Below, piece after piece: positions 31,301-39,693 of a stretch of 64,000 nt of DNA. The notes under the pieces are model-generated. The model was not told where the DNA came from and made no database searches. It saw only the letters and a list, made by a program, of their open reading frames with translations. The stretch covers positions 96,824 through 160,823 of the forward strand of contig JAGTRE010000002.1 of assembly GCA_018396415.1 (NCBI GenBank), given 5' to 3'. Origin of the DNA: Candidatus Bathyarchaeota archaeon. Its GTDB lineage: Archaea; Thermoproteota; Bathyarchaeia; RBG-16-48-13; JAGTRE01. Made by a program: the position numbers and the translations under genes. Numbering within the stretch: position 1 is the stretch's first letter; each line of letters opens with the position of its first letter.

Positions 31301-32234
31301 CCTTTCCCTTAAGGCGCTGAGAAAGAGTCTTTAACGCCCTACCGGACCGGTGCCTGGCTGGAGGAATTCCAGATGCTTCATTGTCAAAGTATGTCGTTAC
31401 ATGATATTGAAGCAACTCAGATAGGTCTTGAATGATTAGAGTTGGTGCACCGGCATCAATATTCTCCTTTAACCGTTGATTAATTCGAATTATGTCAACA
31501 AGTTTATGAGTTAAATCGTCTTCAGACCGAATTCCCGATTCGAGAGTAATTGATGGTCTTACATATACAGGTGGAACAGGAAGAACTTGAAGGATCATCC
31601 ATTCAGGACGAGCGACCGTTGGATCAAATCCAACTAAGCGTAGATCATCGTCGATAATTCGCTCAAGCCGCTCTCGAATCATACTAGGAGTTAGCCTACG
31701 AGCCCCGCCATCCTCTAAAACCTCATAAAAAGTAGTAGGTTTGCTGAATTCCACTACATATTGCCCAGCACCGCAATGCGGACATTCTGAACACTTCTTT
31801 GCTTCACGAATAACTTGCTCGTATAAAACCTCTGGAACAGAGCCTAATTGGGCCTTAATCTCTTCAATCCGTAAGCGAAATTCATTAATTTTTGCATCGG
31901 TTAGGAGAATTCGACCACAATTTCGACATGTTGCAGTAAGAAGCGCATAAATAAGTTTGGCAAAGCCAACATGAACAACTGGCACAGCCAATTCGATATG
32001 ACCGAAATGCCCGGGGCAGCGGGCGGCAGTATTTCCACAGGTTTTGCATCGTTGCCTCGGCTCCAATGTTCCAAGGCGCCCATCCATCAATCCAGAGGTA
32101 ATTGGAGCCCCATCTTCATCATAGGTGTCCGCAGTCTGAACCTCTACCACAGAAAGTTTTCGGATATCGTTTGGTGAAAAAATTCCAAACTTAATAGCAT
32201 CTATGACTTTGTAAAGCTCAGCCTCCATCGCCAT
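28371..32234 (-). CDS. rpoA: DNA-directed RNA polymerase subunit A as a single 1287-aa polypeptide (A' and A'' portions contiguous, no intervening stop)
   Basis: N-terminus carries A' zinc-binding region ([20 protein letters not shown]); [10 protein letters not shown] active site; residues about 880 onward are a typical A'' ([29 protein letters not shown] trigger-loop region) ending with the A'' C-terminus. Confidence 0.9.
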   Translation of the reverse strand: [1287 protein letters not shown]

Positions 32235-32235
32235 T

Positions 32236-35200
32236 TTACGCCCGCTCCTTCAACTTCAGTTTTGGAAAAATACACAGGCTCATCAACTCCTGTAAGAGAA
32301 GCTTAAATGCATACGACATTGTCACCGCAGAAATCTCTGCCACGTCGCCGCAGATTTTGCAGAGATACTTACGCTGCTTCAAATCATAATATGCAACAGA
32401 GCCGCATCGCTCGCAGACATAAATCACGCATTTATCCGACTCCTCAAGAAGTCTATCCTTTAGAAGCATTGCCGCCCCATGACCAATAAGACAATCCCGC
32501 TCCATTTCGCCAAACCGTAGCCCACCACCTCGAGCCCTACCCTCAGTTGGTTGTCGAGTTAACATCTGGACTTGCCCTCTGGCCCGAGCATGCATTTTAT
32601 CCGAGACCATGTGGTGGAGCTTCTGGTAGTAAACGATCCCGATGAAAATATCAGCGGAAAACTTCTCGCCAGTCGTTCCATTATACATTACTTCCCGCCC
32701 ACTGTGTTGGAACCCCATTTCCAAAAGTGCCTTACGAATTGCTTCCTGCTTTTCGTTAGCAAAGGGAGTCCCGTCAACGAAGACCCCTTTCAAGGCAGCG
32801 AGCTTGCCAGCGATCGACTCGATAAATTGCCCTATAGTCATCCGCGATGGGATGGCATGTGGGTTAATGATTATATCTGGCACGATCCCATCTTCGGTAA
32901 AGGGCATATCCTCCTGTGGAATGAGCATCCCAATAACTCCTTTCTGCCCATGGCGAGAAGCAAACTTATCTCCAAGCTCTGGCACCCGAAGGTCGCGGAC
33001 CCTAACTTTTACAAGCTTACTCCCTTGAACGGATTCCGTGACAAAAACTGCGTCAACAATGCCAACTTCTGCCGGCCTCATACTAATCGATGTGTCTCTC
33101 CGCGTCAGACCCTTTACTTCAAATTCCTTGTACTCTTCTAGGAATCTAGGCGGACTTGTTCGCCCAATTAGAACGTCCCCCCCGCTTACTTCTGCTTCTA
33201 CGCCAACTATTCCATCCTCTTCAAGCAGGCGGTAGTACTGCTCGCCACGATAACCACGAGTTCCAGGCTCAGAAATCTCAAATTTATCTTTAAGTCCGCC
33301 GAGGTATTGGCGGCATTCTGCTTCATAAACGCGGTAGAATGTTGACCGCTCAAGCCCTCGATCAATTGAAGACTTATTGAAGATTAGGGCATCCTCCATG
33401 TTATATCCCTCGAACGACAGAACTGCAACGACACAATTCTGACCAGAAGGCCGCTTGTCGTAACCAATGACGCTCATTGGATCAGTTCGAACTAACGGGA
33501 CCTGAGGATAGTGAAGAAGATGAGCGCGTGAGTCGACTCGATTAAAATAATTAGTGGCGTATACGCCCAGAGCTTGCTTTGCCATCGCCGCCTCATAGGA
33601 GTTTCGGGGAGATTGATTATGTTCAGCGTAGGGAATCAGTGATGCGCAGATTCCAAGAATTGTGCATGGCGCGATTTCCAAGTGAGTTGTATCTTTATTA
33701 ATTTGAGCAACTGACAAAGCAACATACGCATTTTCCTCTTCCTCTGCGTCGAGGTATTCAACAATACCTTGCTTGACTAGATCTTCCCATTTAAGCTCTC
33801 CAGACCGAATTCTTAACACATGCTCTGGTTTCAACTTGGGTTCGCCGTTTTCCACTATAATAAGTGGGCGGCGAACTCGACCAGCATCGCAATTCACATA
33901 GATTTCGTGAGATAGCCGATTTTGCAAACCACTAACAAAATGTGCAATATTAATTTCCGAACTTAATTCGCCTCTCCGGCGCATTTCGCGAACTTCTCTA
34001 ATCAAACGATATGGATCGGTGCAATAGCCAATTAAACGCCCATCTACAAACAGCTTCGCTCCCGACCCTCGCAAATCGGTGTCCGCTTCGTGCACCGGTG
34101 TGACACCAAGTCGATAGAGAATGCGTTCAACTTCCTCGGGATTGATATAAACTGAGCTACAGGCCATTAAAGCAAGGTTTTTAACCAAACCACAATTTGA
34201 ACCCTCGGGTGTCTCGTTTGGACAGAGGCGCCCCCAATGAGTAGGATGCAGATCTCTCGCCTCAAAGTTTGGTTGGCTTCGGCTTAACGGTGATTGTAGA
34301 CGTCTTAGGTGGCTCAGGGTGGAGGTAAAGTTTGTTCGATCCAAAATTTGAGTGATCCCGACTTTTCCCCTCCCCCAGTTTCCAGTGGCAAGCGCATGCT
34401 GAATCCGCTCAGTAATTATGCCGGGACGAATAGCTGCAGAAATTACCCCCGTCCCATGACGCCGAATACTCATTCGCTCAAGTTGATACTTTACATCTCG
34501 ACAGAGGTTTCTAAACGCAATCCGAAACAGATCAGCAAGTAACGGTCCAGCAAGTTTAAGCCGCTTGTTCGCGTAGTGATCCTTATCGTCGGGCTTACGA
34601 CGCCCCAACTTTAGTTCAATAACTCGCGCCGCCATTTCTCCAAGGTAAAGTGCTTTTTCACGACGCTTATCCGACGTACGCCCGATATGCGGCATGAAGT
34701 TTTTGTCTAGTATTGCTTCAGCTTTCCGAATTCGATACTCTTCAATTTGCCCGTGAGCAACCCTATTTCCAATGAAGAGAATTGCATCTTGAACTGTTAT
34801 TATACCAACCGCTTTCTCAAATGAGGGGTCCAATCGCTCCTGAATTTCCTTATCAAGAGACACGGCATCAGCGATCATCTTATCGGATTCTAACCCGAGG
34901 GCACGCATCAAAATAGCAAACGGAATTTCCGTTGGAATCCCAGGCATTGATACATATAATGCTTCATCGGATTTCATTCGAAGTTCAATTCTCGCTCGGA
35001 ACCCAACTGTTGTGGAAAAAACCTTCGCCCGATAGATCGGAGTGCTTCCACTATCATCGATGTCAACTAATATCCGGTTTGGTGCCAAATCCTCTAATGC
35101 AACAATCACCCGCTCAGAACCATTAACTATAAAGTAACCACCTGGGTCATTTGGATCCTCTCCAACCTCAATCAACTCTTCTGGAGACCTATTTGACAGG

Positions 35201-35604
35201 GGACAAAACTCCGACTTCAACATTATTGGCAAATCGCCTATGTAAACCTGCTCGGTTGACCCCTCTTTCCCATCCCTAACCTCTGAAACTTCCAAGAACA
35301 TTGGCGCAGCATACGAAAGATTTCTAAGCCTTGCCTCCATCGGATAAATTGGATGATCTGAACCGTCAACCTCAACAACCCTCGGCCTTCCAACCTCAAC
35401 CTTTCCAAGCTTAATTTTAAACATGAAATCAGGAATCTCGATTGGAATCTCTCCAACTTCATTCACGATTTCTTGAAGACCCCGTTCCACAAATTCATTA
35501 TAAGAGTCGAGATGTTGCCGAACCAGCCCTTTCTCACGGAAAAAGGCCTCCATTAGGGGCCACAAATCATAATCAGATAAGGCCATAGTATTATTGACCT
35601 CCAT
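32236..35604 (-). CDS. rpoB: DNA-directed RNA polymerase subunit B (unsplit)
   Basis: 1122 aa single ORF with all Rpb2 conserved blocks (GEMERD, C-terminal Zn ribbon CxxCG...CxxC). Confidence 0.95.
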   Translation of the reverse strand: MEVNNTMALSDYDLWPLMEAFFREKGLVRQHLDSYNEFVERGLQEIVNEVGEIPIEIPDFMFKIKLGKVEVGRPRVVEVDGSDHPIYPMEARLRNLSYAAPMFLEVSEVRDGKEGSTEQVYIGDLPIMLKSEFCPLSNRSPEELIEVGEDPNDPGGYFIVNGSERVIVALEDLAPNRILVDIDDSGSTPIYRAKVFSTTVGFRARIELRMKSDEALYVSMPGIPTEIPFAILMRALGLESDKMIADAVSLDKEIQERLDPSFEKAVGIITVQDAILFIGNRVAHGQIEEYRIRKAEAILDKNFMPHIGRTSDKRREKALYLGEMAARVIELKLGRRKPDDKDHYANKRLKLAGPLLADLFRIAFRNLCRDVKYQLERMSIRRHGTGVISAAIRPGIITERIQHALATGNWGRGKVGITQILDRTNFTSTLSHLRRLQSPLSRSQPNFEARDLHPTHWGRLCPNETPEGSNCGLVKNLALMACSSVYINPEEVERILYRLGVTPVHEADTDLRGSGAKLFVDGRLIGYCTDPYRLIREVREMRRRGELSSEINIAHFVSGLQNRLSHEIYVNCDAGRVRRPLIIVENGEPKLKPEHVLRIRSGELKWEDLVKQGIVEYLDAEEEENAYVALSVAQINKDTTHLEIAPCTILGICASLIPYAEHNQSPRNSYEAAMAKQALGVYATNYFNRVDSRAHLLHYPQVPLVRTDPMSVIGYDKRPSGQNCVVAVLSFEGYNMEDALIFNKSSIDRGLERSTFYRVYEAECRQYLGGLKDKFEISEPGTRGYRGEQYYRLLEEDGIVGVEAEVSGGDVLIGRTSPPRFLEEYKEFEVKGLTRRDTSISMRPAEVGIVDAVFVTESVQGSKLVKVRVRDLRVPELGDKFASRHGQKGVIGMLIPQEDMPFTEDGIVPDIIINPHAIPSRMTIGQFIESIAGKLAALKGVFVDGTPFANEKQEAIRKALLEMGFQHSGREVMYNGTTGEKFSADIFIGIVYYQKLHHMVSDKMHARARGQVQMLTRQPTEGRARGGGLRFGEMERDCLIGHGAAMLLKDRLLEESDKCVIYVCERCGSVAYYDLKQRKYLCKICGDVAEISAVTMSYAFKLLLQELMSLCIFPKLKLKERA

Positions 35605-35609
35605 GAGGG

Positions 35610-35864
35610 TTATCCCTCAATTACATATCGATAGGCAATTGCCTCGCCAGCCGTAGGACTTTTTCTAATAATTTTCACAATGTCTCCCGGCTTCGCTCCA
35701 ATCGCCTTTGCAGCCGGATCAGATTCCAAAATATAGGGCAATTGATTTGGTGCAATTCTGTACAGCTTTAGCAGCTCTTCAACTTCTCTCTTATTTAGCA
35801 AAATGTGTTTCGGCACCAGCTCATGTTCAAATAAGTCGAGTTTGCTTTCTTTTTCCTCAGTCAA
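35610..35864 (-). CDS. rpoH: DNA-directed RNA polymerase subunit H (Rpb5 homologue)
   Basis: 84 aa, HELVPKHILL...GDIVKIIRKSPTAGEAIAYRYV matches RpoH. Confidence 0.85.
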   Translation of the reverse strand: MTEEKESKLDLFEHELVPKHILLNKREVEELLKLYRIAPNQLPYILESDPAAKAIGAKPGDIVKIIRKSPTAGEAIAYRYVIEG

Positions 35865-36090
35865 TTGAGGGTTTCCCCCAGGCCGACGGGCAAAAAATCA
35901 TCTGACCCGAAATCCGGGCCTCAAGGGGTTTAATGGAGCCCCACCCGTTGAAACTACAACTGGATACCAGAAGGCTGCTAATAAACTTTATCGTAAAACT
36001 CTTTTTAACGAGTTGCAAGCACCTCAATTCATGGAAAAGATAACCGAATAGGCAAATGTAACAAATTGTTTCTTAAAACTAGCTGAAATC

Positions 36091-36235
36091 TGGCGGGCCC
36101 GGCGGGAATTGAACCCGCGACCCATCCCCAGGGAGAGGTGAATCATCATCCCTTCCGGGTGTCCTCCGAGCTCGGATAAAAGCCTCACCGAGAGATTTTC
36201 TCCCCGGTGCTCTATCCTAGCTGAGCTACGGGCCC
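36091..36235 (-). tRNA. Intron-containing tRNA (about 70-nt intervening sequence); anticodon not resolved
   Basis: Minus-strand RNA: GGGCCCG-TA-GCTC-AGCTAGGATA-GAGC ... GCGGG-TTCAATT-CCCGC-CGGGCCC-G-CCA. Acceptor, D-arm and T-arm are canonical and CCA is encoded. The anticodon region is interrupted by about 70 nt containing hairpins; exon junctions could not be fixed by eye. Confidence 0.6.
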
Positions 36236-36270
36236 GGAGCCGAAGCATCAAACGCGTCTAAACCAGTCTT

Positions 36271-36462
36271 TAACCCTGGTGGGGGGTATGGCGCCCCTCG
36301 GCAAGGGTGAGATTTCCTCTGACCCTTTTGGCCGGGATTTGAATTCCCGAGCTAACGCTTGTTGCTAGCGTTAAGCTTCCCGGGTCGTGCGGGCGAGTCG
36401 GCATCCAAGGAATTACCCCCCGGATCCAGCCGCACATACTAGACCGGACTATACTACCAGGG
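36271..36462 (-). ncRNA. tRNA-like locus (about 190 nt) that would require 2-3 introns: tRNA 5' acceptor+D-arm, split T-arm, distant 3' acceptor strand
   Basis: Minus-strand RNA begins GCCCTGG-TA-GTAT-AGTCCGGTCTAGT (Asp/Glu/Gly-type D-arm). Contains TGCGG...CCGCA (possible anticodon stem) and CCGGG...[35 nt]...TTCAAAT-CCCGG (T-arm only if an intron sits at 53/54). It ends ...CCAGGGT, complementary to the 5' acceptor with a G1-U72 wobble. Long-range G6TA/TAC6 pairing also present. Confidence 0.25.
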
Positions 36463-36581
36463 CAATGACTCCTAAAAGCCCTATCAATCGTTTTTATTTA
36501 AAACTTTCTTAAACTAATTTGACGCGCCCCTTATAGGACTGAATATAATAAATTTAGGAGACATGTTTCGGATCTTAGCGA

Positions 36582-37343
36582 TTATATTCTTTCGAGCTTT
36601 GGCTTTACTTGTAGCACGATTTCAGTAGGGCAATCTGAAGGAATGTCGATTGTCTTCTTCCACTCTTCCCCAACGGCAATTAACGCGAATATCCCTGCCA
36701 CTTCAGCCTTTGACTTAGTAACAAGGTTTATGAGAGCCCGCTGAGTTTCACCACTTCGAATTATATCATCAACAATTAGGACACTGTCTCCTTTTTTAAT
36801 CGTCCCCTTTGGAATGTACAACGCCATCATTATCGCAGAATTACTGGGAATGTAGGTTTCCTCAGTAAAGTCATGAACCCCAACTTCTTTAGTTTTCTTA
36901 GCGATTACTAAGTCGACGCCCAGCGCTGCTGAGACAGTTGTAGCCAAGGGAATCCCATCGACAGCCGCGGTCATAACCTTTGTAATCCTATGACCAGCAA
37001 ACTTGGAGAGAGCATGCTGTGCTGCTTGATTTAATAATGAGAGGTCGCAAATGATTGAGGTATTATCAAAATATCCAAACTCGTCAAATCTGATTCGTCC
37101 TCGCAGTTCCTCCTCCAAGCTGATCATCTTCTCTAAGGCACTCCAGATATTTTTAGCCCGCTTCGTCGTCGGCAAGACATGTCCCTTTACATATCGACTT
37201 AGAACCGTAACTGGAAGACTAGTTCGCTGTGCCAACTCTCGATACGTGTAATGTTTCTTTGCTGTCCGTAGGAGTTCAATTGTCATCAACCTGAACTTCA
37301 AGTCATGTAAGTGGGTTTCAGTACTCATGCTCATACTCTCCAT
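36582..37343 (-). CDS. HTH-domain + type I phosphoribosyltransferase-domain protein (PurR/GfcR-like putative regulator)
   Basis: N-terminal winged-helix region (YTYRELAQRTSLPVTVLSRYVKG) and PRTase PRPP-binding loop VLIVDDIIRSGET; 253 aa. Confidence 0.6.
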   Translation of the reverse strand: MESMSMSTETHLHDLKFRLMTIELLRTAKKHYTYRELAQRTSLPVTVLSRYVKGHVLPTTKRAKNIWSALEKMISLEEELRGRIRFDEFGYFDNTSIICDLSLLNQAAQHALSKFAGHRITKVMTAAVDGIPLATTVSAALGVDLVIAKKTKEVGVHDFTEETYIPSNSAIMMALYIPKGTIKKGDSVLIVDDIIRSGETQRALINLVTKSKAEVAGIFALIAVGEEWKKTIDIPSDCPTEIVLQVKPKLERI

Positions 37344-37470
37344 CCAATTAACAGATTACTGTAAATTTACTAATTAGGCATTCTCATTTTCTTCAAGATT
37401 ATTTATGCATTCTGATTGAGTACAGGCGAAAACTCCATTAAGCGGATTCTTCTCTTGAGACTTTTCAGAT

Positions 37471-37563
37471 GGGCCCGTGGCCTAGTTGGATAAGGCGTCG
37501 GCCTTCGGACATTTCGATTTGGAAGAGAGCCGGAGATCGAGGGTTCAAATCCCTCCGGGCCCG
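37471..37563 (+). tRNA. tRNA-Arg (anticodon TCG) with a 19-nt intron at the canonical 37/38 position
   Basis: GGGCCCG-TG-GCC-TAGTTGGATAA-GGC-G-TCGGC-CTTCGG[ACATTTCGATTTGGAAGAG]A-GCCGG-AGATC-GAGGG-TTCAAAT-CCCTC-CGGGCCC-G; CCA not encoded. Confidence 0.75.
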
Positions 37564-37947
37564 CTATAGTTAGAGACGCAAATATTAAGCGATGGTACAA
37601 AACCTTGCCCTAACAGCCCCGTTAGGGTTGAGGTATTTTCTTTCTACCTCATTCACGTAATCGATGAAGTTGTAACCTCTCTTTTCTCTATACTTTAAAT
37701 TTAGTTTGGGGTAGTTTTTAGAATTTATCTCAGGAATATAAAACGCTCTAGAGCTGGGGCTAAGGCATTGTTCGTTCTTTCCATTCTATTCCAAACGGTC
37801 ATCTAAAACCTCTAATCTCCGCGCCCATTCTTTGAGAAACGCGCTTGCTTGGGATATTCCTTTATTCAAATGCCTGCGACGCGTTAATTCATAAGAATTT
37901 ATCCGGGCAAAATTTATATCGTGGGCTTTTTGTCTTCTCCATTGGTT

Positions 37948-38147
37948 CCCGCGGTAGCTCAGCTTGGTAGAGCTTCCGAGTCCGCCTCCCCTAAAGGACG
38001 GACGGAGATGCTGTAGACGTGTGCCACGAGCACGCGTCATTTAGCCTACTAAGCAGACACCGGAGTGTCGCCGGAGAATAGTGGAAAATTCCCCTATTCG
38101 GCGAATTCAAAGCCGAGAAACCTCGGTGAAATTCCGGCCCGCGGGAC
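37948..38147 (+). ncRNA. Second tRNA-like locus (about 200 nt): canonical 5' acceptor+D-arm and a matching 3' acceptor strand with encoded CCA, separated by about 150 nt
   Basis: CCCGCGG-TA-GCTC-AGCTTGGTA-GAGC at 37948 onward; ...CCGCGGG-A-CCA at 38138-38147. Interior has a stem-loop CGGC-GAATTCAAA-GCCG resembling the T-arm-like element of locus 36271-36462, and CGGAG repeats. Could be a multi-intron tRNA or another ncRNA. Confidence 0.25.
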
Positions 38148-38233
38148 CAAACTCCTTTAACATTAGTTGGTTGGATTTTTTAGAGCTAAAATTACTTAGT
38201 TGATACGAAATAACGAAGATTTTAGGCTCAAAG

Positions 38234-38240
38234 TTATAAA
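38234..38240 (+). promoter_or_regulatory. TATA box (TTATAAA) about 40 nt upstream of the histone start codon
   Basis: AAGTTATAAAGG followed by an A-rich stretch and ATG at 38278. Confidence 0.35.
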
Positions 38241-38277
38241 GGAGGAAATTAATGACATATAAGCAGGGATTATTCGT

Positions 38278-38499
38278 ATGCCATCTCCTGAAGATCTTTC
38301 AGTAGCAGCTGTACATCGCATAATTAAAAAATCGGGAGCTGAAAGAGTAGGGGATGACGCTGCTAGAGAGTTAGGTAACGCACTCGAGGAAATTGGTATT
38401 CGAATTGCTAGAGAAGCCCTTGATTACGCTGTTCATGCCGGTCGAAAAACGGTAAAGGCAGAAGACATTAAGATCGCTGCTAAAAAGATCGTTAGATAA
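38278..38499 (+). CDS. Archaeal histone (HMf-like histone-fold protein)
   Basis: 73 aa; [30 protein letters not shown]...[20 protein letters not shown] matches archaeal histone A/B throughout. Confidence 0.9.
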   Translation: MPSPEDLSVAAVHRIIKKSGAERVGDDAARELGNALEEIGIRIAREALDYAVHAGRKTVKAEDIKIAAKKIVR

Positions 38500-38640
38500 A
38501 CCGCCCTCACAATACATTTTCTTTCCAGAAAACTTAGAAAAACAGACGAAAACTATGGTATGCCCATGAGAGTCGCTGTCAAATCAGAGACATATACAAC
38601 AAATAGAGTATTTATAAAATGGCTCCATGGCCTCGATCTC

Positions 38641-39693
38641 TTATATGTTAAGGTCCCCTGACCACGCAGACACTTTTTCTTCAATTTCATCCGGCCTAAG
38701 CAAGCCGTTTTCGGTGATTATTAGCTTAATGAGATCCGGAGGAGTGATGTCAAACGCTGGATTTAATGCTGGCACTCCACGATATGCGATACGCCTCCCC
38801 AAGAAGTGTGTGACCTCAAGCGGGCTACGCTCTTCAATTGTTATATCTGATAACTTCGTCTTCAAATCAAATGTAGAAAGGGGAGCTGCAACATAGAAAG
38901 GAACATGGTAATAGTTTGCAGTTATAGCAATCGACAAAGTACCAATCTTGTTGATAACATGACCAGTTTTTAAAATTCGATCTGCGCCAACGAGGACTTT
39001 ATTCACCATTCGCTTTTCCATTATGTAGCCGACCATCCCGTCTGTGATTAACGTAACTGGGATGCGCTCCCTTGCTAATTCGAATGTTGTAAGCCTAGCC
39101 CCTTGAAGCATCGGCCTTGTTTCGGTTACAATCACCTTAATTTTCTTGCCAGTTTGGAAGGCTGCCCTAATAACGCCCAGCGCGGTTCCATATCCCACGG
39201 TGCCAAATGCACCGGGATTGCAATGTGTGAGAATAACATCGCCGTCCTCTAAGAGAATCGCCCCATTTTGCCCAATAGCTTTATTTACCATGAGATCCGT
39301 ATCGGCGAGTTTCTGAGCCTCTTCGATAACTGCCCTTTTTACATCATTTACCGATCCTTCACACTGTCGGGCTATCTCTATAATCCGACTGATCGCCCAA
39401 AATAAATTAACCCCAGTTGGTCTAGTTGATTTAAGGATATTTGCAGCTTTGGTAAGCTCGTTAAAAAGGCGCCTTCGCGTCTTTGCTGATGAATGCCACG
39501 CGGTTAAAGCCAGACCATAGGCAGCGGCAACTCCAATTAGTGGGGCACCACGAACTTGCATCTTCTTAATTGCAGTAGCCACATCTTTGGCAGAACGTAA
39601 TCGAAGGTAAATTAAACGGTTTGGAAGTTTCGATTGGTCAATCGTGACGACGACGCCATCTTTCCACCAGATTGTCCTCATACTTTTCCCCAT
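38641..39693 (-). CDS. eIF-2B alpha/beta/delta-family protein (methylthioribose-1-phosphate isomerase MtnA / ribose-1,5-bisphosphate isomerase family)
   Basis: TIWWKDGVVVTIDQSKLP...VRGAPLIGVAAAYGLAL N-terminal signature; 350 aa. Confidence 0.75.
   Translation of the reverse strand: MGKSMRTIWWKDGVVVTIDQSKLPNRLIYLRLRSAKDVATAIKKMQVRGAPLIGVAAAYGLALTAWHSSAKTRRRLFNELTKAANILKSTRPTGVNLFWAISRIIEIARQCEGSVNDVKRAVIEEAQKLADTDLMVNKAIGQNGAILLEDGDVILTHCNPGAFGTVGYGTALGVIRAAFQTGKKIKVIVTETRPMLQGARLTTFELARERIPVTLITDGMVGYIMEKRMVNKVLVGADRILKTGHVINKIGTLSIAITANYYHVPFYVAAPLSTFDLKTKLSDITIEERSPLEVTHFLGRRIAYRGVPALNPAFDITPPDLIKLIITENGLLRPDEIEEKVSAWSGDLNI

Noticed and set aside
28425-35462. Numerous 60-190-aa ORFs on the strand opposite rpoA/rpoB (for example 32572-33141, 32642-33028) and opposite tuf, por and the thiolase gene
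   Set aside because: Antisense shadows of long, highly conserved genes; no independent signals.
36150-36185. C-box-like GAUGAUGA inside the intron of the tRNA at 36091-36235, suggesting an intron-encoded C/D box sRNA (as in euryarchaeal tRNA-Trp)
   Set aside because: No matching D box (CUGA) at the expected distance, no C'/D' pair, and no k-turn-forming terminal stem could be found; treated as coincidence.
36271-36462. SRP (7S) RNA or RNase P RNA as explanation for the structured 190-nt locus
   Set aside because: No conserved RNase P P4 sequences or SRP helix-8 GNAR/AGCAGCC-type motifs were seen, whereas the 5' end has a canonical tRNA acceptor+D-arm and the 3' end its complement. Kept as tRNA-like, low confidence.
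37403-38040. ORFs 37403-37600 (65 aa) and 37786-38040 (84 aa) from the six-frame track
   Set aside because: They overlap tRNA-Arg and the tRNA-like locus on the opposite strand, have no motifs, and are Arg/Pro-rich GC-frame artefacts.
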